A stretch of DNA of 64,000 nt from the NCBI GenBank assembly GCA_041736895.1, contig JBGSSS010000005.1, forward strand, positions 621 through 64,620. Reading direction: 5' to 3'. Made by a program: the position numbers and the translations under genes. This DNA is from Pirellulales bacterium (GTDB taxonomy: Bacteria > Planctomycetota > Planctomycetia > Pirellulales > JALHPA01). The notes below the pieces were generated by a model. The model did no database searches, was not told the origin of the DNA, and was given only the letters and a program-made list of their open reading frames with translations. Below, piece by piece: positions 36,011 to 44,707 of this stretch (positions are counted from its first letter, which is position 1; each line of letters starts with the position of its first letter).

Positions 36011-36060
36011 GTACAACGCCTAAATATAATTCCCTGCCAGTATAGTCCCCTGGCAGCGCA

Positions 36061-36090
36061 TCGACAGCGCCGCCTGCGGCTCGGTATAAT
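36061..36090 (+). promoter_or_regulatory. Sigma-70-like promoter for the lipoprotein gene
   Basis: TCGACA - 18 nt - TATAAT. GAGGA lies 4 nt before ATG 36124. Promoter rules for this phylum are poorly known. Confidence 0.4.
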
Positions 36091-36123
36091 CAGATTTTGC
36101 ATTTACAATTTGATGAGGATTTA

Positions 36124-36552
36124 ATGAGGAAGCTTGTCAACTCGAAAATTTCCGCTATGGCAATTCGCTTCGCGCTGCTGAGCCTTGGCTTGCTCTTCGT
36201 TGGCGGTTGCACGACGAAGAATGATCCGGCCGATTTGAGCGCCACCGATTGGGAATCAAAAACCCTGCTACAAGATGGCAAATCGACCGACTTGGGTGAG
36301 CTACAATCACTAAGTTTCGGCCGCAATGGAACCTTTCGCTTGACCCAAGGAATCGGCATCAAGCGGCGGGTGCTCGAAGGAACCTACGAACTCTCCGCCG
36401 GCAACCAAGTTGTCATGAACCTCAAGGACGAAGTCGAGGGAAGCAAGACGCACGTCGCCGACGTCACACTAACAAAAGACAAAGACGGCAAGCCCACAAA
36501 ACTCGTCTACAAGGATAGCCAAGGGACGATCGAGTTCGAACCGAAGAAGTAG
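36124..36552 (+). CDS. Hypothetical lipoprotein
   Basis: ORF 36097..36552 trimmed to the ATG after the GAGGA. Lipobox LLFVGGC in MRKLVNSKISAMAIRFALLSLGLLFVGGCTTKND. Confidence 0.65.
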   Translation: MRKLVNSKISAMAIRFALLSLGLLFVGGCTTKNDPADLSATDWESKTLLQDGKSTDLGELQSLSFGRNGTFRLTQGIGIKRRVLEGTYELSAGNQVVMNLKDEVEGSKTHVADVTLTKDKDGKPTKLVYKDSQGTIEFEPKK

Positions 36553-36555
36553 GCT

Positions 36556-36691
36556 GGGCGCTGGGGTTTGGGCGCTGGGCGTTGGTCAGCAAATGCTGCA
36601 GTGCTTTCTGCCTAAACGAACCTCGCAGCCACAAGTTTCGTCTTAAGCGTAAATCCTTTTCCCAACGCCCAATCCCCAGCGTCCAGCGCCC
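36556..36691. repeat. (GGGCGYTGG)n inverted repeat filling the whole intergenic gap
   Basis: The left arm GGGCGCTGGGGTTTGGGCGCTGGGCGTTGG pairs with the right arm CCCAACGCCCAATCCCCAGCGTCCAGCGCCC. The element starts 4 nt after stop 36552 and ends 4 nt before ATG 36695. Confidence 0.8.
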
Positions 36692-36694
36692 GAC

Positions 36695-37102
36695 ATGTCC
36701 ACCAACCCCTACGAAGTCACGCCGCGTATTTGGAACGAGTGGCATGAGCTGCTCAAGGAGAAGCTGCGCTGCGAAGCGACCAAAGCATTGGCGCTCGAGA
36801 TCGGCCGGCTGGGGATCATCCTCGGCGGCTGCATGATCTTTGCCGCGCTCATGGCCTTGATCGACCCGAACGATGACGTGCAAAACGCCCTCGGGCGTTT
36901 GGCATGGGCCGTGGGGTTCATCGTTGTCGGACTCGCGATCTCGTATCCGTTGTACAAGCCGGTGCGCACGCGGTTGAATGAGATCGAGCTGATTCTTCCC
37001 ACGGCGAAAGAGCTTGAGCCGGAGGATGTCGCGGATGACGAAGAAGCGGAATTAGATAATGCTTATGCTGAAGATCATCCAGGAATTCGTAACGAAGAGT
37101 AG
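36695..37102 (+). CDS. Hypothetical two-TM membrane protein with acidic tail
   Basis: LGIILGGCMIFAALMALI and LAWAVGFIVVGLAISYPLY helices. Hairpin repeat and terminator lie downstream. Confidence 0.6.
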   Translation: MSTNPYEVTPRIWNEWHELLKEKLRCEATKALALEIGRLGIILGGCMIFAALMALIDPNDDVQNALGRLAWAVGFIVVGLAISYPLYKPVRTRLNEIELILPTAKELEPEDVADDEEAELDNAYAEDHPGIRNEE

Positions 37103-37113
37103 CTGTAAATGAT

Positions 37114-37145
37114 CAAAGCCAAGGGGATTACCTCCTTGGAGCATT
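37114..37145 (+). repeat. 30-nt hairpin repeat, copy 3
   Basis: CAAAGCCAAGGGGATTACCTCCTTGGAGCATT. Confidence 0.85.
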
Positions 37146-37159
37146 CCTGCAATAAAGAT

Positions 37160-37188
37160 CCAAGGGGAAAATCCCCTTGGCTTTTTTT
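37160..37188. terminator. Rho-independent terminator shared by convergent genes
   Basis: CCAAGGGG-aaaat-CCCCTTGG-C-TTTTTTT. It lies 3 nt from the stop of the minus-strand response-regulator gene. Confidence 0.8.
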
Positions 37189-37190
37189 AT

Positions 37191-38543
37191 TTACGCCGAT
37201 TTTTCTAGTTGCTGCGCTTGATCCGCATTCAGCTTGTTGTAAAGCGTCTTGAGACTGATCCCGAGTTCTTCGGCCGCCTTCGGCTTGCTGCCGCCGTTGC
37301 GCTCGACCGCGTTGTGGATCGCTTGCAGTTCGATTTCTTGCAGCGATTGCCCGCCGGCCATCTTCAACGTCTGCCGCGCCGGCGCGGCTTGAAAACGCTC
37401 GGGCAGATGCTCGACATCGATCGGCAGTTTATCGCACAAGATCGAAGCGTGCTCAATGACATTGGCCAGCTCACGCACATTCCCCGGCCAGGCATAATGT
37501 GTCAGCAGATCCAAGGCGACGGGCGTAAATAGCTCGCCGGCCTTTGTCGCACCACTCAGAAAATGCTTCGCCAGGTGCGCGGCCAATTGCGGCACATCCG
37601 CGGCCCGCTGCCGCAGGCTCGGCAGTTGCAGCTCAAACGTATTAATCCGGAACAGCAAGTCCTCGCGAAAGTCGCCGCTTGCGACCATCTGATCCAAATG
37701 GCGATGGGTCGCGCTGACGACGCGCACATCAACCTTGATGCTCGAGTTGTCGCCGACGCGGCGAATCTCGCGTGATTCGAGCACGCGCAGGAGCTTGGCC
37801 TGCATCGCTTTGGGCAGTTCGCCGATTTCGTCGAGGAACAGCGTCCCGCCATCGGCGACTTCGAACAACCCGATGCGATGCTCGTCGGCCCCGGTGAAGC
37901 TTCCCTTCTTGTGACCAAAGAGTTCACTCTCGATCAGGTTTTCCGGCAGCGCGCCGCAATTGATCGCGACGAATGGCGCATCGCGCCGTGCGCTTTGTTC
38001 ATGCAACGAACGCGCCACGAGTTCCTTGCCCGTGCCCGTTTCACCGAGGATCAGCACCGTGCTGTTGGCGGGCGCGACCTTGGCGATCATTAGCCGAACG
38101 CGTTCCATCGCGGACGAATCGCCAATCAATTTCGTTGGTCCGGCGACGCGTTCGAGTTGGCGCTGCACGGCGCGGTACTTGTTTTGCAATTCGCGCTGCG
38201 CGGCGACGCGCTGCAGCAGCGATTCCAAATCGGCCAGTTTGCACGGCTTGGTCAAATAATCGTACGCCCCGTGACGCAGCGCGGCGATCGCGCTTTCGAC
38301 CGTGGATTTGCCCGTGAGGATCACCGCCGACGTGTCGGGGTTTAGTTCCTTGGCCCGCGCGATGACTTCAATCCCGCTTAGACCCGGCATGTCGAGATCG
38401 ACGAGCAGGCAATCAAAGACATTCCGTTCGAGCGCGGCGACAGCAGTCAACCCGTCGGGACACACGGTGACTTCGTGACCAAGGCGCGCGAGTTCGATGC
38501 GCATCAGCTCTTGGAGCGAGCGTTCGTCGTCGGCGAACAGCAA
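37191..38543 (-). CDS. Sigma-54-dependent response regulator (REC + AAA+ + Fis-type HTH; NtrC family)
   Basis: ORF 37191..38777 would overlap the kinase by more than 200 nt, so I propose TTG 38543 ([10 protein letters not shown]). Evidence is GETGTGKE Walker A, the [15 protein letters not shown] loop, and the C-terminal [16 protein letters not shown]. Confidence 0.9.
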   Translation of the reverse strand: MLFADDERSLQELMRIELARLGHEVTVCPDGLTAVAALERNVFDCLLVDLDMPGLSGIEVIARAKELNPDTSAVILTGKSTVESAIAALRHGAYDYLTKPCKLADLESLLQRVAAQRELQNKYRAVQRQLERVAGPTKLIGDSSAMERVRLMIAKVAPANSTVLILGETGTGKELVARSLHEQSARRDAPFVAINCGALPENLIESELFGHKKGSFTGADEHRIGLFEVADGGTLFLDEIGELPKAMQAKLLRVLESREIRRVGDNSSIKVDVRVVSATHRHLDQMVASGDFREDLLFRINTFELQLPSLRQRAADVPQLAAHLAKHFLSGATKAGELFTPVALDLLTHYAWPGNVRELANVIEHASILCDKLPIDVEHLPERFQAAPARQTLKMAGGQSLQEIELQAIHNAVERNGGSKPKAAEELGISLKTLYNKLNADQAQQLEKSA

Positions 38544-38553
38544 CTTCAGCGAT

Positions 38554-40227
38554 TTACGCGGCGGTTTGGTGGCGATGGTTCGGCTCCTTGTGCATGTCGC
38601 TCGGCAGTGCTTGGCTTGCAGCTGCGAGAGGCAGAGTGACAGTGAATTGCGCGCCGCGTCCCGGACCTTCGCTGTGGGCAAAAATCTGCCCGCCATGATC
38701 CGTGACGATGCGATAAGTAATCGACAACCCCAAGCCGGTCCCCTGCCCTTGCCGCTTGCGGGTAAAAAATGGTTCAAACAGATGCGTCATCGTTTCGGTC
38801 GTCATGCCGCAGCCGTTGTCGGTGAAATCCAACTCGGCCCATTCGCCATTGGCTTCAACCGAAATGGTCAGTTGCCCATTGGCTTCCAGACAATCGAGTG
38901 CATTGGTGACGAGATTCAACACCACTTGCTTGATCTCTTGCGGGACGACTTGCGCCAAGATCGGCACGCTCGCGGGTTTCGCTTTGGCAAAGACAATGCG
39001 ACGGTCTTGGTACTTGCCCAGGTGGCTGACCATGTCGATGACTTGCTGCACGATCTCGCGCAGGTCCGTGAGCTGACGCTGCGCGTTGCCCAGGCGTGAA
39101 AAATCGAGCAGCTTCTCGGTAATCTCTTTGCAGCGAAATGCCTCGGACTGAATCATTCCAAGGTAGCGGCCCGTGACTTCGAGTGTCTCGTGCAGCGAGT
39201 CGATATCGACGTCGCCGGCGTTCTCGTCCGCGGTCGCTCGGAGATCGGCCATGCGGCCTTCGAGCGATTCGGCGCACATCGCGATGCTGGCCAGGGGATT
39301 GTTGATTTCGTGCGCAACACCGGCAGCAAGAAAGCCGACGCTGGCGAGTTGTTCATTGCGGATGACTTGGCGCGTGCGTTCTTGAACCTGGTGATCGAGG
39401 TCGTCGCGGATTTCTTGGAACCGCGCGGTCATCGAGTTGAGTGCTTCGCCCAATTCGGCCATCTCATCGCGGGTTTTGAGCTTAATGCGAAAATCGAAAT
39501 TTCCCCCAGCGACGCGCCGCGAACCGGCGACCAACTCCGACAGCGGCCGCACAATTAAGCGATAAAACAGGTACATGAACGCGCTCAACACCGCCACACA
39601 CACCGCCGTGGCGAACCAGTTGATGCCCATCAGCACGTGATATTCCGAGCGAACTTCAGCGGCTAGGGACGCGAGTTGGCTATGCAAGTGACTCGGCAGC
39701 GATTCGGCTTGCGCTTGCAGCACATCTAGCTGCATGCGGAGTTGATGCAAGACCACGGCATCGTCGTTCCAGCCCGGTTCTTGCAGCCGTTGTTGGATGT
39801 GATTGATCCCTTGATGAATCGTTTCGGCTGTCTCGCGCTCGAAGGACGTTTCTTGTAGCAGATCGCCTGGTTCGGTGCGGGCGGAAACTTCTTCTCGGTA
39901 ATGATTCAACGTCACCACGGCCGCGAGCAGGCGCTGTTCGAACTCATCGCGCACCAGCCAAGTTTCGCTGCGCGAGATCCCCGAGTCGGTCCAGACCAAA
40001 GTCGTCGGCCACTTGGCAAGTGTCACACGCAAGTCAGCAATCTGTCGGGTCAGCAAACTGGCGAGCGGCAATTCCTCGGCCCGCCCGCGCAAGCCTTTGA
40101 CCAGCCCGCGGTAACTGTAGACGCCGACGAGCCCGCTGATGGCCAATGCGCCAATCATGACGAGCAGAACGCCGAAGCCGACGAACAGTTTGTTGCGGAT
40201 AGGACTCATGCACGCGACCGAAAACAT
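38554..40227 (-). CDS. HAMP-domain sensor histidine kinase
   Basis: Two TM helices, HAMP (RPLSELVAGSRRVAGGNFDFRIKLKTRDEMAELGEALNSM), HisKA H-box HEINNPLASI, and HATPase G-boxes (DNGCGM, GTGLGLS). Confidence 0.9.
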   Translation of the reverse strand: MFSVACMSPIRNKLFVGFGVLLVMIGALAISGLVGVYSYRGLVKGLRGRAEELPLASLLTRQIADLRVTLAKWPTTLVWTDSGISRSETWLVRDEFEQRLLAAVVTLNHYREEVSARTEPGDLLQETSFERETAETIHQGINHIQQRLQEPGWNDDAVVLHQLRMQLDVLQAQAESLPSHLHSQLASLAAEVRSEYHVLMGINWFATAVCVAVLSAFMYLFYRLIVRPLSELVAGSRRVAGGNFDFRIKLKTRDEMAELGEALNSMTARFQEIRDDLDHQVQERTRQVIRNEQLASVGFLAAGVAHEINNPLASIAMCAESLEGRMADLRATADENAGDVDIDSLHETLEVTGRYLGMIQSEAFRCKEITEKLLDFSRLGNAQRQLTDLREIVQQVIDMVSHLGKYQDRRIVFAKAKPASVPILAQVVPQEIKQVVLNLVTNALDCLEANGQLTISVEANGEWAELDFTDNGCGMTTETMTHLFEPFFTRKRQGQGTGLGLSITYRIVTDHGGQIFAHSEGPGRGAQFTVTLPLAAASQALPSDMHKEPNHRHQTAA

Positions 40228-40463
40228 TCTGCTGCAACGATCGCGAAGTGCGATGTTGTCCGATCAAAATGGGTCGCGAGTGTAGCAAAGCAGCAAGTGC
40301 GACGCGAGAGAGAATGCAAGAGAATTCGCTTCGTTCATTCGCAATCGGCGTGCGATTGACATGCGCCGATGCTATCGACGGTTAGTCAGAGGGGACAAGG
40401 GAATAAGGGACTAAGATAAGACTGTTTTTCCCTTTGTCCCTCATCCCCTTAGTTCCCAAGTGA

Positions 40464-40492
40464 AACGCTCCTCTTCGAGTCGCCGCTAAACG
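40464..40492 (+). repeat. Exact 29-mer AACGCTCCTCTTCGAGTCGCCGCTAAACG, copy 1
   Basis: Identical to 44668-44696 and to the reverse complement of 49730-49758. It lies 11 nt from the LptF/G stop. Confidence 0.95.
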
Positions 40493-40503
40493 AAGCTGAG
40501 CGT

Positions 40504-41688
40504 CTAATAGCGCCGCACTTTTTTATACAGCAGCCAGCCAATGCCGAGCATGATGACATTTCCCAGCCACACGGATTCGCCGGGAATTCGGCCGGATTTC
40601 GCTTGATCGATGCTAAAGATCAAGAGCGGATAATACAGCAGCAGCACCGGCATGAAGCAGACAAAAAAGCTGGTCAAAATATCCGACTTGCGCATCAGCA
40701 CGGCCAATGGACTGCCAACGCAGACAAAGCAAAGACAACTAAACCCGGTCGACCAGCGCCGATGTGGTTCCATCTCGAGCCGATAAATCCGGTATTGGTT
40801 TTCCTTGAGATTCTTCTTCAGCGGCTCCCAAGCGATTTCACTGAGACCGTGGAAGTCGCCTTGAATCAATTGCAGACCCGCGACCGCGGCCATTTTGGTC
40901 CGTTGCGTCTTGAGCTGCCACACGGCTTGCTCATGAGCCGAATCGATTTCAGCCATCGGTAAATCGGTGGGGCTGCCAGAGGCGGCCCCTTTGCGCGTCG
41001 ATTCACTGAGTGAAACGACGCGCTGGATTTCACCCGGAATGCGACCCTTGGTCGTGCCCATCTCGTATTCCGAGTCACGACAAATGATCGTCAGCGTGTT
41101 CGCCGCCGGATCGGCCGTCAACTCGGCTTCCGCCGCGGTGATCGTATATGCCGGACTATCGAGGTTCGACTGAAATGTCAGCGTCGGGTTGATCAATCGG
41201 TGGCCATCGACACGCTGCACGTTGATCGAAAACCCTTTGGTGCTAAAGGCGCGCTGTTGAGTAAGCTTCGAGTAAGCGATCTCTTCGACCGATTCGATCA
41301 CGACCCGGCGGATGCCGGCCTTGCCCCAGGTCACCGTCACATCGCTCAGCCAAACCGTCAGCAAACTCAACGCGGTTCCCAATGCCAGCACAGGCCAGAA
41401 GATCGCCCACGGCGAGACGCCGGCGGCCTTCAGCGCGATGACTTCGTTATTGGACGCCATCCGTCCATACACCGTGCAGGCCGTGAGTAACACCGTGCCG
41501 GGAATCGAGAACCGCAGCGCCTCTGGCAAGACATACGGCAACAGCAAAAGCACCTGCTTCATGCCGAGGCCTTGAGAATACGCTTCGCGCATCACGCCGA
41601 CGATGATCATGAACAGCGTCATGCCCAGCAACGTTACGAGAAACGTTTGCAGCAATTCGCTCAGGACATAGCGGGTCATGATCTTCAT
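40504..41688 (-). CDS. LptF/LptG-family (YjgP/YjgQ) permease
   Basis: ORF 40504..41820 trimmed to MKIMTRYVLSELLQTFLVTLLGMTLFMIIV, a typical family N-terminus. Six TM helices with a periplasmic insert. Confidence 0.8.
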   Translation of the reverse strand: MKIMTRYVLSELLQTFLVTLLGMTLFMIIVGVMREAYSQGLGMKQVLLLLPYVLPEALRFSIPGTVLLTACTVYGRMASNNEVIALKAAGVSPWAIFWPVLALGTALSLLTVWLSDVTVTWGKAGIRRVVIESVEEIAYSKLTQQRAFSTKGFSINVQRVDGHRLINPTLTFQSNLDSPAYTITAAEAELTADPAANTLTIICRDSEYEMGTTKGRIPGEIQRVVSLSESTRKGAASGSPTDLPMAEIDSAHEQAVWQLKTQRTKMAAVAGLQLIQGDFHGLSEIAWEPLKKNLKENQYRIYRLEMEPHRRWSTGFSCLCFVCVGSPLAVLMRKSDILTSFFVCFMPVLLLYYPLLIFSIDQAKSGRIPGESVWLGNVIMLGIGWLLYKKVRRY

Positions 41689-41825
41689 GGCGGGCGAAGT
41701 GTAGCGAAACAAGGGTAGCTGGGACACGGGAGTTTTTTTGGCAATCTTCGGTGCTAGCACGCGGCACAATTCAGCCAGTTCCACTTGCGAATTTCGGGTC
41801 GTGCGAGTATTTCTTTGCATGCCAT

Positions 41826-41966
41826 TTAGCCCCCCCCGTCAATGACGGGGGGGAAGCGGGTGGAGCGACGTTTCTTTCTCTATCTAAATTAAGTTCATCG
41901 TCGATCAGATATCGGAGCGGGCACGAGCGTCATGTCCTGCTCCCCCGGTCATTGACCGGGGGCTAA
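41826..41966. repeat. Hairpin-pair inverted-repeat element (141 nt)
   Basis: TTAGCCCCCCCCGTCAATGACGGGGGGG ... CCCCCGGTCATTGACCGGGGGCTAA. It lies in the divergent promoter region between the LptF/G and GT87 genes. Confidence 0.85.
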
Positions 41967-41991
41967 TGATGAATCATCAGAGACCTAATCG

Positions 41992-43557
41992 ATGTCCCAA
42001 CACGTCCAACCTCCGCTCGTTACCTTTCGCGTCGGTGCCCTCTTGCTGCTCACCGCGGCACTCTGGGGTTGGTTCGACGTGCGGCATCGCGCGCGGCTGA
42101 GCGACACCGATCCGACCGTGCACAAAACCGACATCACGGTTTATACCGAGGCTGGCGCGGCGATGTTCGATGGCCGCGATCCGTACTTGGTAAGCAATCC
42201 GCGCGGGTGGCACTATCTTTATCCTCCACTCCTGGCGATCGCGATGGCTCCCTTGGCATTGTTGCCGACAACAGAGCAAGCCCTCGCCTGGTATGCGCTC
42301 AGTTGTCTGATGCTCGTGGGCTGCGTCGTGGAACTGCGGCGGCTTTGGCGGTGGCAGGCAGAACTGCGCCAAGCCAACAACGCAACTTCCGCTTCAACAT
42401 CGATTCCAACCTGGCTCGCCTGGACCGTGACTGCCGGCGTGGCGTTGCCCACGCTCAACTGCTTGCAACGCGGGCAGGTCGGCATCTGCATCGTCTACTT
42501 TTTGCTGCTCGGAGCGCGGTTAGTGCTCTGCAGTTCGAGCAAACTCGGCATGCTGCTTGGCGGGTTGGTGTTGGCCTTGCCCGTGACGATCAAATTGACG
42601 CCGCTCCTTCCGGCAGCGGTCTTGGCCGGAGGTTTGTTGGTGCAAGATTTGGTGCGTTGGGGGCGCGTGTGGCAATTGAAAAGACAGAAGTCTTCGCTGA
42701 ATCAGCTTCCTCTCACGCCGGCACTCTCCCAAGTCTTGTCTAATGCCATCGCGCGTCGTAAGAACCATGAACATGAACCTGCCGAGTCCATGATCAGCAA
42801 CAAACTGCCGCGCGGTGTGTGGGCTTGCGTCGGCGGAATCGCCGGGTTGATCCTGTGGTTCTTGCTGGTCCCTGCGGTCTCGATTGGACACGACGCCAAC
42901 GTGGCTCATCTCCGCACCTGGATGAATCGCGTCGTCGCGAATGACAATGTCGGCGGGGCCAACGATTTCAACTTCAAGAGCAAGCGGAATCAGAGCCTGG
43001 ACAATGGCGTGCGGCGGTTGGGGAACTTGGTTGCTTATCAGTGGTTTGCCGGGCCGAACGATCAATTGGTCGACCAGCCGAATCTGCCACAAGTCACGAT
43101 GCCGATGGAATCGGCGGCGGCGAATCGCGGGATCAAGCTCGCGGTGCTGGGCTTTCTCCTGGGTCTCGCGGCGCTCGTGCTGCGCACGGCGTGGCACGAT
43201 TCGCTGCTGATGTGGCCCGCGGTCTTTGGGCTAGGCTGTCTCGCGACGGTGATTGTCTCGCCGCTATCTTGGGGTCATCATTATGTGATGTGTGCGCCGG
43301 CGATGCTCTTTGTCCCGGGACTCTGTTTGCCGAAGCAACAACGCGCGGCGAAAATTCTCGCGGCGAGCGCCGCGCTCCTGCTGATCGCCCACTACATCGC
43401 GTTAGAACAAGCGGGCCGCATCGGTTTGCTTGGCATTGGGATGAGTTTGTGGGGTGCGGCGGCGATTTGGCTGACATTCGTGCAAGTGAAGCGGCACACG
43501 TTGCAGGTTCCTGTCTCTCGCTCGGTAACGAAAGAGGCAAAACGCCGCGCGGCTTGA
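41992..43557 (+). CDS. DUF2029 / GT87-type polyprenol-dependent glycosyltransferase
   Basis: Multi-TM protein with DITVYTEAGAAMFDGRDPYLVSNPRGWHYLYPPLLAIAMAPLALLP, typical of the family. Confidence 0.7.
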   Translation: MSQHVQPPLVTFRVGALLLLTAALWGWFDVRHRARLSDTDPTVHKTDITVYTEAGAAMFDGRDPYLVSNPRGWHYLYPPLLAIAMAPLALLPTTEQALAWYALSCLMLVGCVVELRRLWRWQAELRQANNATSASTSIPTWLAWTVTAGVALPTLNCLQRGQVGICIVYFLLLGARLVLCSSSKLGMLLGGLVLALPVTIKLTPLLPAAVLAGGLLVQDLVRWGRVWQLKRQKSSLNQLPLTPALSQVLSNAIARRKNHEHEPAESMISNKLPRGVWACVGGIAGLILWFLLVPAVSIGHDANVAHLRTWMNRVVANDNVGGANDFNFKSKRNQSLDNGVRRLGNLVAYQWFAGPNDQLVDQPNLPQVTMPMESAAANRGIKLAVLGFLLGLAALVLRTAWHDSLLMWPAVFGLGCLATVIVSPLSWGHHYVMCAPAMLFVPGLCLPKQQRAAKILAASAALLLIAHYIALEQAGRIGLLGIGMSLWGAAAIWLTFVQVKRHTLQVPVSRSVTKEAKRRAA

Positions 43558-43570
43558 ACAATAATCAATT

Positions 43571-43620
43571 ATCGCTATGACGCAAGCGGATGGGTACCAA
43601 TCCGCTTGCGTCATAGCGAT
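43571..43620. other. 50-nt near-perfect palindrome (perfect 21-bp stem, 8-nt loop)
   Basis: ATCGCTATGACGCAAGCGGAT-gggtacca-ATCCGCTTGCGTCATAGCGAT. It lies 14 nt after the GT87 stop and has no T-tract. Confidence 0.9.
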
Positions 43621-43717
43621 TCGGCGACTCCGATTGACTTGTCCTCGCGCGCCGACTGACTTTACAATACAGCTTTTCATTGATGGACGACTTCTCCAAC
43701 GCACTAACACGATCTTC

Positions 43718-44656
43718 ATGGCACGAAAAGTTATTATCGATGTCGACCCAGGGATCGACGGCGCGGTCGCCCTGGTGATGGCGCTGTTTGATCCGCGGCT
43801 CGAGGTCTTGGCCGTCACCGCGACCGGCGGCCGTGTCCGGCCAGAGCAAGCGACGCAAAATATTCAGACCCTCATCGAACAACTCGACCCGCCGCGCTGG
43901 CCGCGCCTCGGGGCCGCCGCGCCGGATCAACTCGTCGAAATCGATCCGCGGCAGATCAATGGACATGACGGACTCGGCAACTCGGGTCTCGCCGGCGCTG
44001 GGTTGGTCAAAGTTCTGCCGGCCGACAAAATCCTGATCGAAGAGGTCCGCGGCGCGCCCGATGAAGTGATTCTGCTCACCCTCGGCCCGCTCAGCAATCT
44101 GGCTCAGGCAATGCAGCGTGACAGTGCCTGGACCGGCTTGGTCGGACGGCTGATCGCGTCCGGCGGGTCATTAAATGCCGAAGGCGACGCCACGCCCGCC
44201 GCCGAGTTCAACATCTATGCCGATCCCGCCGCCGCGAAGATGGTCCTCTGCTCGCGGATGACCAAGACGCTGGTCCCGCTCGATGTATCACGGCAATTGA
44301 CGTTTTCGTTCGACTTGCTCGAGCAATTGCCCAAGGATATCTCGCGCGCCGGCAAGGTGCTGCGCAAGATTCTTCCGCATGCATTCCGCGCGCAGCGGCA
44401 AATTCTCGGCCGCGAAGATATTCAACTCACTTCAGTCGTCCCTATCGTCATGCTGACGAATCCCGAGCTGTTCGAAACGCATGCCCAAGCACTCGACATC
44501 GAATGCGAAGGAACGCTCACCACGGGCATGACGGTCTTTGATCGCCGGCCCGTGCCCGAGTGGCGGAACAATATCGAGGTGGCGCAGTCGATGGACGTGA
44601 CATCAGTCCGCGATTGCGTGTTGCGATCGCTGCAACATGCGGGGAGCGAGAGTTAG
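43718..44656 (+). CDS. Inosine/uridine-preferring nucleoside hydrolase family protein
   Basis: ORF 43577..44656 trimmed to MARKVIIDVDPGIDGAVALVMAL (the DxDxxxDD-type N-terminal motif). Confidence 0.85.
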   Translation: MARKVIIDVDPGIDGAVALVMALFDPRLEVLAVTATGGRVRPEQATQNIQTLIEQLDPPRWPRLGAAAPDQLVEIDPRQINGHDGLGNSGLAGAGLVKVLPADKILIEEVRGAPDEVILLTLGPLSNLAQAMQRDSAWTGLVGRLIASGGSLNAEGDATPAAEFNIYADPAAAKMVLCSRMTKTLVPLDVSRQLTFSFDLLEQLPKDISRAGKVLRKILPHAFRAQRQILGREDIQLTSVVPIVMLTNPELFETHAQALDIECEGTLTTGMTVFDRRPVPEWRNNIEVAQSMDVTSVRDCVLRSLQHAGSES

Positions 44657-44667
44657 CGGTCACGAAA

Positions 44668-44696
44668 AACGCTCCTCTTCGAGTCGCCGCTAAACG
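44668..44696 (+). repeat. Exact 29-mer repeat, copy 2
   Basis: It lies 11 nt from each of the two convergent stop codons (44656 and 44708). Confidence 0.95.
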
Positions 44697-44707
44697 GGAT
44701 GCAGAGA

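Noticed and set aside
40391-40457. GGGGACAAGGG..AAGGGACTAAG / CCCTTTGTCCC..CCCCTTAGTTCCC as a simple hairpin
   Set aside because: The complementary blocks occur in the same order rather than nested, so they cannot form one hairpin (only crossing pairings). Noted as a compositional oddity, not annotated as a structure.
35886-40503. Sigma-54 promoter (TGGCAC-N5-TTGC) for a target of the NtrC-family regulator
   Set aside because: TGGCAC occurrences that I found (e.g. near 11546, 21344, 30775, 42216, 43193, 43709) either lack a TTGC at the correct spacing or lie inside genes. No credible -24/-12 promoter was seen in the window.
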